A DNA stretch of 64,000 bases, taken from positions 6,152-70,151 of IMG/VR virus record IMGVR_UViG_3300021959_000028; one strand, given 5' to 3'. Within the stretch, counting starts at the first letter, position 1. Each line of letters begins with the position of its first letter. The notes under the pieces are model-generated. The model made no database searches, was not told where the DNA came from, and saw nothing but the letters and a program-made list of their open reading frames with translations. The stretch is from a virus. This document shows, in pieces, positions 28,318 through 36,600 of this stretch. The position numbers and the translations under genes were made by a program.

Positions 28318-29418
28318 ATGTTGGATGCACTAAAATCACTCTTCGAGAGCAGCGCAATTTCAGAAGAAGTAAAAGCAGAACTACAAGAAGCTTGGGACGA
28401 AAAAGTTCAAGAAAATCGTCGTAGTGTAACTGCCGAACTTCGTGAAGAATTTGCCCAGAAATATGAGCACGACAAGCAGACTATGGTCGAAGCTGTTGAC
28501 GCAATGATTTCTGAGCGTTTAGCTGAAGAGATCGCCGAATTTGCAGACGATCGTAAGCAGCTAGCCGAAGCTAAAGCAAAGTATGCCATTGCACAGCGTG
28601 AAAACGCAGAACTATTAAAAGGGTTCGTAATGGAACAACTTACAAAAGAAGTTTCGGAACTACACGAAGACAAGCAAGCTCAACAAGCAAAAATTGAAAT
28701 GCTTGAAGAGTTTATTGTAGAATCTCTTGCTAAAGAAATTGCAGAGTTTAACGAAGATAAAAAAGATTTAGCCGAAACAAAAGTACGTCTAGTACGTGAA
28801 GCTAAGTCACACCTAGCAAAAGTTAAAAATGACTTTATCGCTAGAGGTGCAAAAGCAGTATCAGAAACAGTTAGCAAATCTCTTAACAAAGAAATTAGTC
28901 AACTTAAAGAAGATATTGAAGATGCACGTAGAAACGACTTTGGTCGTAAGTTGTTTGAAGCATTCGCTAGCGAATATTCAAATAGCTATCTAAACGAAAA
29001 TAGCGAAACAGCAAAGCTACTAAAAGTTCTTGACGCTAAAGACAAGCAACTTGCAGAAGCAAAAGAATTTGTTGTTAAAGCAAAAAATCTTGCAGAAGCA
29101 CAGGAAAAGCAAAACAAGCGCATCCTTGCAGAAGCAAAGCGTAAAGATATTATGAATGATCTAGTTGGTTCGCTACCAAGCGAGCAAAGAGAAATCATGA
29201 CAGACTTACTGGAAAGTGTTCAAACTGACAGACTTCAATCTGCGTTTGAAAAATATCTACCAGCAGTAATTGATGGTAAAGGTCCAGCAAAGCGTAAGGC
29301 AGTATTATCAGAGGCAAAAGAAATTACAGGCAACCGTGAACAATCACAAACTAACGTTAGTTCAAAGGCAGACGCAGATCACAATGTGATTGATATTAAG
29401 CGTCTAGCTGGATTATAA
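28318..29418 (+). CDS. Prohead scaffolding protein, gp22-like
   Basis: Coiled-coil E/K/A-rich ORF between protease and capsid, with GRKLFEAFASEY. Confidence 0.85.
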   Translation: MLDALKSLFESSAISEEVKAELQEAWDEKVQENRRSVTAELREEFAQKYEHDKQTMVEAVDAMISERLAEEIAEFADDRKQLAEAKAKYAIAQRENAELLKGFVMEQLTKEVSELHEDKQAQQAKIEMLEEFIVESLAKEIAEFNEDKKDLAETKVRLVREAKSHLAKVKNDFIARGAKAVSETVSKSLNKEISQLKEDIEDARRNDFGRKLFEAFASEYSNSYLNENSETAKLLKVLDAKDKQLAEAKEFVVKAKNLAEAQEKQNKRILAEAKRKDIMNDLVGSLPSEQREIMTDLLESVQTDRLQSAFEKYLPAVIDGKGPAKRKAVLSEAKEITGNREQSQTNVSSKADADHNVIDIKRLAGL

Positions 29419-29431
29419 TGAGGAGATAATA

Positions 29432-30595
29432 ATGTCAGAACTACTAGAATCACGCTGGCAGGACACCAAAACAGCTCTTTTAGAAGGCCTACAAGGTAAC
29501 AAAAAGTCTGTAATGGCTGCCACACTAGAAAACACACGCAAGTACTTGTCAGAGAGTGCAACAGCGGGTGCAACAAGCGCAGGTAACGTAGCTACACTTA
29601 ACCGTGTAATTCTACCAGTTATCAGACGTGTAATGCCAACAGTTATTGCAAACGAGCTAGTTGGTGTACAACCAATGACTGGTCCAGTTGGACAAATCCA
29701 TACTCTACGTGTTCGCTACAGCGACACAGACAATGGTGCAACAGCTGGTGAAGAAGCACTAAGCCCATTCAAAATTGCTGAGTCATACTCAGGTGCTCCA
29801 GGCACATCTGCTGCACCAAGTTCAACAGCATCACTAGAAGGTGAAGCTGGTAACAGAATGTCAATTCAAATCTTGAAACAAACTGTTGAAGCGAAAACAC
29901 GTAAGCTATCAGCACGTTGGACATTCGAAGCAGCACAAGATGCTAATGCAATGCACGGTATCGATGTAGAAGCAGAAATCATGGCAGCTCTAGCACAAGA
30001 AATTACTGCTGAGATTGACCAAGAAGTTCTAGCTTCTCTAGGCTCACTAGCAGGTAACGCTGCTGAAACTTATGATCAAACAGCAGTTTCAGGTACAGCT
30101 ACTTTCGTAGGTGACGAGCATGCAGCTCTTGCTGTTCAAATCAACAGAGTATCAAACTTAATTGCACAGCGTACACGCCGTGGTGCAGGTAACTGGGCAG
30201 TTGTTAGCCCATTCGCGCTAACAATCCTACAGTCTGCAACAACTTCAGCGTTTGCTCGTACAACAGAAGGTACATTCGAAGCACCAACTAACACTAAAAT
30301 GGTTGGTACATTGAACAATGCAATGAAAGTATATGTAAACACATATGCAGCAGACAACGCACCAGTACTAATTGGTTATAAGGGTACTTCAGAGTCAGAC
30401 GCAGCAGCGTTCTACTGCCCATATATCCCACTAATGAGTTCAGGTGTTGTCCTAGATCCAGGCACATTCGAGCCAACAGTATCGTTTATGACACGTTACG
30501 GTTATGTTGAGCTATCGAACACTGCTTCGTCTCTAGGTAACGCAGCTGACTACCTAGGTAAAGTTGATATTGCCGCAGGTGTAACATTCAGCTAA
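29432..30595 (+). CDS. Major capsid protein, T4 gp23-like
   Basis: VIRRVMP...GVQPMTGPVGQI, KTRKLSARWTFEAAQD, EIDQE, FYCPYIPL and FMTRYG. Strong SD GAGGAG. Confidence 0.96.
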   Translation: MSELLESRWQDTKTALLEGLQGNKKSVMAATLENTRKYLSESATAGATSAGNVATLNRVILPVIRRVMPTVIANELVGVQPMTGPVGQIHTLRVRYSDTDNGATAGEEALSPFKIAESYSGAPGTSAAPSSTASLEGEAGNRMSIQILKQTVEAKTRKLSARWTFEAAQDANAMHGIDVEAEIMAALAQEITAEIDQEVLASLGSLAGNAAETYDQTAVSGTATFVGDEHAALAVQINRVSNLIAQRTRRGAGNWAVVSPFALTILQSATTSAFARTTEGTFEAPTNTKMVGTLNNAMKVYVNTYAADNAPVLIGYKGTSESDAAAFYCPYIPLMSSGVVLDPGTFEPTVSFMTRYGYVELSNTASSLGNAADYLGKVDIAAGVTFS

Positions 30596-30616
30596 GTTTA
30601 TAACTTAACTAAAAAC

Positions 30617-30645
30617 AAAATAGGCCCTACGGGGCCTATTTTTTT
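30617..30645 (+). terminator. Intrinsic terminator after the major capsid gene
   Basis: AAAATAGGCCC-TACG-GGGCCTATTTTTTT. Confidence 0.9.
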
Positions 30646-30667
30646 GACATTTTTTTATAAAAAGTGG

Positions 30668-30695
30668 TTGACATTTGTTTGTAAGATGTTATATT
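30668..30695 (+). promoter_or_regulatory. Sigma70-type promoter driving the tRNA-like RNA
   Basis: TTGACA (30668-30673), 16-bp spacer ending in TGn, TATATT (30690-30695). Confidence 0.65.
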
Positions 30696-30700
30696 AATAA

Positions 30701-30910
30701 TATAACAAGACGTTGTTATATGGGTTGGCGCTAACAATTTCCACTCTAGAGGAGATAAGCGCACTTGGTTAGGGGTAGTGCCCGGCGTAGAGTTTGGAGA
30801 CAAGCAGTACGCACACTGCGATACTAAGCAGAACTGAGGTTCTAAGCGATATGACAGAAAGGTATCTGGACGCTTAGTTAGAGGTAAACCCAAGTCCTCT
30901 ACCCACCCTT
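30701..30910 (+). ncRNA. Expanded tRNA-Pro-like non-coding RNA
   Basis: Acceptor-, D-, anticodon- and T-stem elements appear in canonical tRNA register (see findings). Flanked by its own promoter and terminator. Confidence 0.7.
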
Positions 30911-30915
30911 AATTT

Positions 30916-30948
30916 AAAAGCCCGATGCTTAACTGTGTCGGGCTTTTT
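30916..30948 (+). terminator. Intrinsic terminator closing the tRNA-like RNA
   Basis: AAAAGCCCGATGC-TTAACT-GTGTCGGGCTTTTT. Confidence 0.85.
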
Positions 30949-30958
30949 CTTTATTAGA

Positions 30959-31050
30959 TAAATACTTGTGTCAGATAGTGTGCCGCAAGGCGGACTTATG
31001 CTGTCCCAACAGCGTAGCGGCTAGAACCCGCATCGGACTTCTATAAAGGA
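30959..31050 (+). promoter_or_regulatory. Late promoter plus structured 5' leader RNA
   Basis: TAAATA at 30959. Stems GCC-GCAA-GGC, TATGCTGT-CCCA-ACAGCGTA and GCGG/CCGC are closed by GTCAGAT/ATCGGAC, just before the SD AAGGAG. Confidence 0.6.
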
Positions 31051-31058
31051 GAAAACAA

Positions 31059-31481
31059 ATGGGAAGACCATTAAATAAAAGATATTTTGGCCCACCAACA
31101 CCGGGCGGAAACGAAATTAAAGTACAGTTTTGGAACGGATCAGCTTCAGTTAACGGATGGATTGTAAAGCAAGTAGGATCAAAAAGATTCCTATGTTCAG
31201 ACGGTTCAAACGAAGAAGTTTGTGTTCTAGTAGACAAAGCTTCAGCTGCTATTACAGCAGGAGAAATGACAATTACAGTTCTTGATGATACTGCAACAGC
31301 ACGTCAAGTAACAAAAATTGCAGGACGCAAAGCTACACTTGATACAGGTGCAACAACTGCATGGACGTTTGATGATGCAAACAACGATGATAAAGTTGAA
31401 ATGGAAGAAGCAGGCGACGATACTACTATTGATGCAGGCGGTACAGACGAAGACGACTTCGAAACAGACGATCCAGCATAA
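31059..31481 (+). CDS. Hypothetical virion protein (possibly head-associated)
   Basis: MGRPLNKRYFG...WIVKQVGSKRFL. Strong SD. Follows the capsid gene. Confidence 0.75.
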   Translation: MGRPLNKRYFGPPTPGGNEIKVQFWNGSASVNGWIVKQVGSKRFLCSDGSNEEVCVLVDKASAAITAGEMTITVLDDTATARQVTKIAGRKATLDTGATTAWTFDDANNDDKVEMEEAGDDTTIDAGGTDEDDFETDDPA

Positions 31482-31493
31482 GTTGGATTTATT

Positions 31494-31517
31494 ATATGGG
31501 GGAGAAATCCCCCATAT
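31494..31517 (+). other. Perfect GAAA-loop hairpin (attenuator, weak terminator or processing site)
   Basis: ATATGGGGGA-GAAA-TCCCCCATAT, with no U-tract after it. Confidence 0.6.
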
Positions 31518-31534
31518 TAACTAGGAATCTTTAA

Positions 31535-32560
31535 ATGGCACTAACCGAAGACTATATAAAACTATTAACTGTATCAAATGGTGATTACAAAATAACCACA
31601 CGAGAAGACGGAAATATTAAATTTGACGTTGGAAATAATGGCGAAGTAAGAATCACAGGAAATTTGTCAGTTGAAGGTGAACAAACTATTGTTAACACAA
31701 CTGATCTTTCGATTGAAGACAAGATAATTGTTTTAAATAGAAACGAAACAGGACCAGGAATTAGTGGTAACGGTCTTTCTGGGATGGAAATTGCTAGAGG
31801 TAGTCTACCTCATGCAAGACTAGTATTTGACGAAAATACAAGATGGACTGATCCTGCTAATCCAGGAACTTCGGATGCAGGCGCTTGGAGTTTGCAAGAT
31901 ATTAACGGAAGAATCTTAGCAATAGAAACTGTAAGTATTGCAACTGACGGTGCTAATCTTAATTTAATAGGCGAAACAAACGCAGGATTTTCAAACGGTG
32001 TAGTATCTGTCTACGGTACAGCAGATTATGAAAATCAAGTAATCGACGACGATCATATTCCAAATAAAAAGTATGTAGATGATCTAGTTTCTACATACTT
32101 TTTAAGTAATTTTAGTAATAGAATAGACGACGGTTTTACTACTGTAAGTTTTATCGAAGTACAAGATTTTGAAAGAACAGGTTTAGATAGTAAAATCAGT
32201 ATCGGAATTGACGGTAACGAAGTTATTGCTATAAACGCTACAGACACAACTATTGAAGATGTAAGAATCACAAATAATATTATTGAAACTGTTAACGAAT
32301 TTGATGATCTAGTTTTACAAGCAAATGGTACTGGTAATGTAAAAATTAACGATGCACTATTACTAGATCCAACACCGCATCTTGCTTTTGGCGGCGCTGC
32401 TGATGTTGTAACTGATCCGTCAGCACCGACAACTGGTGTAAAATTATACAGTAAAACACAAGGTGAAGGTGCAACAAACGTTTACTACGTAAACGAGACA
32501 GGTAGAAGAGACGAATTGGTAAGTAAAAATAGAGCATTACTTTTTAGTATGCTGTTTTAA
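31535..32560 (+). CDS. Virion structural/fibre-associated protein
   Basis: ITGNLSVEGEQTIVNTTDLSIEDKIIVLN fibre-shaft motif, PNKKYVDD, and C-terminal ALLFSMLF. Confidence 0.7.
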   Translation: MALTEDYIKLLTVSNGDYKITTREDGNIKFDVGNNGEVRITGNLSVEGEQTIVNTTDLSIEDKIIVLNRNETGPGISGNGLSGMEIARGSLPHARLVFDENTRWTDPANPGTSDAGAWSLQDINGRILAIETVSIATDGANLNLIGETNAGFSNGVVSVYGTADYENQVIDDDHIPNKKYVDDLVSTYFLSNFSNRIDDGFTTVSFIEVQDFERTGLDSKISIGIDGNEVIAINATDTTIEDVRITNNIIETVNEFDDLVLQANGTGNVKINDALLLDPTPHLAFGGAADVVTDPSAPTTGVKLYSKTQGEGATNVYYVNETGRRDELVSKNRALLFSMLF

Positions 32561-32571
32561 AAGGAAAAAAG

Positions 32572-32952
32572 ATGGCAATTATTAATAAAAAATTAGAGGA
32601 CCAAGATCCAGATCCAATAAACACAGATTATGAAGTTGAAATGCTTACTGTTCCGGCAGGTATGTCTTACGCAATTACAACTATAATGGTTTGTAATACA
32701 CGAGATCCTAATCTTGCAAATCCGGAAGAATATACTTGTTCCTTTGATTTACATTTTATTCCTTCAGGCGAATCACTAGACGACGAAAAAACTGTTGTTG
32801 TTAGAAAATTAGAATTACCTGCAGGAGAAACATTTACATTTGATAGCGAAAAAATTGTGCTAGGAGACTCAGATAAAGTTACGATATATGCTGCTCCTAA
32901 TTCGTTTACAAATTTAACTTTGGCAGCAACGGTTAGCTATTTGGAAGTATAA
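32572..32952 (+). CDS. Small virion structural protein
   Basis: Beta-rich 126 aa. Appears paralogous to 39726-40055. Confidence 0.7.
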   Translation: MAIINKKLEDQDPDPINTDYEVEMLTVPAGMSYAITTIMVCNTRDPNLANPEEYTCSFDLHFIPSGESLDDEKTVVVRKLELPAGETFTFDSEKIVLGDSDKVTIYAAPNSFTNLTLAATVSYLEV

Positions 32953-32953
32953 T

Positions 32954-33532
32954 ATGAGACTAATGAAGGCCCAAAATACAAATCTTAGAAATATCTACGG
33001 TAAAGGTATTAAGTATGATGTGAATGGTCAAGTAGTAATGGATTCAAATGATGCATTACTTGTACCAAAAGGATCAACAGCAGATTTAACAACATTACCG
33101 GTGAATGGACATATAAGATATAATACAGATCCTGCGGATCCATTAAATCCAACAGGGCCTCAAATTGGTTTTGAATTCTTTAATGACGGATCTTGGAGAA
33201 GAGTAAGTTTTAGAGAACCAAAGGATATTGTATATCAAACTTATACAGGCGACGATACAGAAACAGTATTTGGTCCTCTAGATAACCAAGATGTCGATAA
33301 TCCAATTCCTGCATCTGGAAAAAATTTAATTGTATTGATTGAAAATGTTTTTCAATTATCTGAAACAAACTATGATCTTGCTGAATCAGCAAGCGGAGTA
33401 TTAACAAGAGTTTCAGATAGTCAAGTTTTAACTGGTCCAAATGGCCCGTATGCTGACGGATACTACATTGTATTTGGTACTGCTGTACCAGATCAAAAAC
33501 CTGTTACTATCATACATAATTTCGACAAGTAA
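32954..33532 (+). CDS. Virion structural protein
   Basis: LLVPKGST...GHIRYNT module shared with the fibre genes, plus LIVLIENVFQ. Confidence 0.7.
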   Translation: MRLMKAQNTNLRNIYGKGIKYDVNGQVVMDSNDALLVPKGSTADLTTLPVNGHIRYNTDPADPLNPTGPQIGFEFFNDGSWRRVSFREPKDIVYQTYTGDDTETVFGPLDNQDVDNPIPASGKNLIVLIENVFQLSETNYDLAESASGVLTRVSDSQVLTGPNGPYADGYYIVFGTAVPDQKPVTIIHNFDK

Positions 33533-33563
33533 CTCCTTACAAGCACTTAATATTTTAAATCGA

Positions 33564-33685
33564 TAAATACTGTTAATGCAGTGCAAGACCAATGTCTGCA
33601 GGGTCAAACTGTGGTCAACCAGCAAAGAGCCTAAGGGATGAGAATTTGGTTGGAGGGACAGGATCCCCGTGCGTGAGGAGAAGAG
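33564..33685 (+). promoter_or_regulatory. Late promoter plus structured leader of the fibre operon
   Basis: TAAATA at 33564. Stems TGCAG/CTGCA, CAACCA/TGGTTG and CTGT/ACAG. SD GAGGAG. Confidence 0.55.
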
Positions 33686-36600
33686 ATGGCTGTTGGTCGA
33701 ATTAGTGGTCCGCTCTTAAAGTCAAATCTACTTCGTGATGGTGTAGATTTAGCCTTTGAGACCGACCTTTTATATCTAGATGTTAGTAATGGGCGCATCG
33801 GTATCAAAAATGCCGCTCCAGGTTATGAGTTAGACGTAACAGGAACTGTTAACTCAACAGTAACACGCACAGGACAAGCACTAATTGATAACCTTGATAT
33901 TGACGGTAATACTATTGCTGCAATTTCTGGCGATGTAAACATTAATCCTGCACAGCCGACTGATAGAGTTAACATTGGTGCTGCAACTATTCCAAATATT
34001 TACGGCGATGTATTAGTAGACGGTCAAATTACTGCTACTGGTAATATTATTGCCAATGGTAACATTGTACTAGGTGATGCAGATACTGATAGTGTACAAT
34101 TTATTGCTGATGTTGATTCAAATATTATTCCTGCTACTGACGACACTTATACAATAGGTAGTGCTGCACAAAAGTGGTTAGAAGGGCATTTTACAGATTT
34201 ATTTGTAGGCGGCATATCTATTTCAACCGGAAACGGCGGATCGGTAGCTCTTTTAGCAGACGAAGTAAACAAAATTTATGTACATTTAGGCGGTAGCGAT
34301 GTAAACGGCGACGGCGAAAATGTTTCTACAGCATATAGAACAGTTAAACATGCTTTAAGTCAAGCAGTGTCTGGCGATGCTATTGTTATTAGTCCGGGCG
34401 TTTTTGAAGAAGAATTTCCATTAACAGTTCCAGCAGGTGTTAGTGTAAACGGTTCAGGCATACGTGCTACAACTATTAAACCAACTGTAGCAACACAAAG
34501 CGAAGACGGATTTTTACTAAACGGTGATACTACTGTTCAAAATCTTAGTGTTATGGATATGCTATATGACGGCGGCAACGGAACTGGATATGCTTTTCAG
34601 TATGCATCAGGAGCAACTATTACTAGACGTTCTCCGTACATTAAAGAAGTTAGTGTCTTAAACAGAGGAAGTGTTACATCTGCAAGTGATCCTTTTGGTT
34701 TTGCTCAAGGCGATGCAGGACGTGGTATTAAAGTGGATGGCTCTGTACTAAATGCAGCTTCTCTAGAAGCTGCAATGCTGTTTAATGCTGTTACACTTAT
34801 TGTTCCTAACAGTGTAGGCTTAGAACTTACAAACGGTGCAAGAGTCGAATGGCTAAACTCATTTGTTTATTTTGCAGATGTAGGTATAGATGCATACGAA
34901 GGTATTAACGGTAAGTTTTCAGCAGGTAAAACTTATTTAGAACTTAGTGGTGTTACAGGAACAATTGCTGTAAACGATACTGCAACATTTGTTTCAACTG
35001 ATGCACAAACAACAATTAACATTAATGTTGATGGTATTGACGGCGATACTCTTATATTTGATGGGAGAGCTGACGACTTTGAAGGCTTTGAAACAACTCC
35101 CGGAAGTATTACATTTGCACCAAGCGGCGCAAGTGCTACTAGTATTGTACGCTATGATAGAAAAGATTTTGGTGCTGAAATGCGTTCAATCGCTTCAGCA
35201 AACGTATACGGCGATAGAGGTGTAAGAGCTAACGGTGCTGATGTACGCCTAAGACTAAGCTCTCATGATTTTGGTTATATAGGTGCAGGCGGCGATTTTA
35301 GTAACAACGATAATCTAGTTAACACTGCAAACCAAGTTATTGAATTAAACGAAGGTAGAGTATTTTATAGTGCTACAGACCAATACGGCGATTATAGAAT
35401 AGGTGATTTATTCCTAGTTGATCAAGACACTGGTGCAGTTACATTCAGTGGCGGACAATTTGATGTTACAAGTTTAACAGGTATTAATTTTACAGATGGA
35501 AACAACACTACTATTGTTGATCCTACCAAAGTTGAAACTGGAAACATTAGAATTAGTGGCAATACTATTGAAAGTTTGTCTGGTAACATTATTATCGATC
35601 CTTTTGACGAAATTGTTGACATTGATGCAACTGGTGCATTAAAAATACCAGTAGGTACAACTGGAGAACAACCTGGCACACCTGTACAAGGACAGATACG
35701 TTTTAATACTACTGATACTGCATTTGAAGGTTATGACGGCGCAGCATGGAGTAGCTTAGGTGGTGTCAAAGACACAGATCAAGACACTTACATTGAAGCT
35801 GAAGAAACAGTAGACGACGATACTTTAAGATTTTATACTGTTGCAACTAATCGATTAGAAATTGACAGTAATGGACAAATTACAGCCGCAGCAGGATATA
35901 CTCCTATTGCAGATCAAGATTTAGTAACTAAAACATATGCAGATACCGCAGGTACACCAACTGACGGAACTTGGAGTGACGGAGCATACTTAGGATTTAC
36001 AGATGCAGATAGAATTGCAGACGTACTAGACGAACTAAATGAATCTTTAGAAAATGTAAGAAGAAACACATTTGTAAGAAGTGTAACGTTTACAGGCTCT
36101 CCAACATCAGGAGGCGAAGGCACAACAGTTACTCTTAATTTAAATGTTGTTGGTAATGCAAATAGATATGACATTGATTGGGGTGATGGCAACAATACTA
36201 ACGGAACTACAGACAGTACTCCAAGCCATACTTACACAGACAATACTAATAGTCCGTACACTGTTACAGTTCGTGCATACAATAATGGTGCAATATCAGG
36301 AAGTGCAGGTAGCGAAGCAAGTGCAACTAATGTAGATTATATTATTATCTATACAGCAGATCCAGTAGCAGCATTTAGTTTGTATGATGTTGCCACAGGC
36401 GGCGCAGCACTTACTGGCAACAACTTATACGTAATTGAAGGTAACAGTTTATATTTAGAAAACACAACTTCTAACACGCTAATGGCAGATGTTACATACG
36501 AAGTAAACTGGGGAGATGGTAGCACAAATGATACTGTTGCTGACGATACAGCAGCAGGCGGCGTTAGCGGAGCAAGATTACAACATACATGGCAAGCAGG

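Noticed and set aside
30721-30910. Canonical tRNA, tmRNA, 6S RNA or pistol ribozyme
   Set aside because: The loops are too large and there is no CCA for a canonical tRNA. It lacks Ala-type ends and a clear tag ORF for tmRNA, is not a single long hairpin as in 6S, and the pistol-like words are wrongly spaced.
30636-31237. Minus-strand ORFs 30636-30893 and 30971-31237 (also 17635-17856 and 17714-18007)
   Set aside because: They overlap terminators, promoters or structured RNA, lack phage-like codon use, and show no recognisable motifs.
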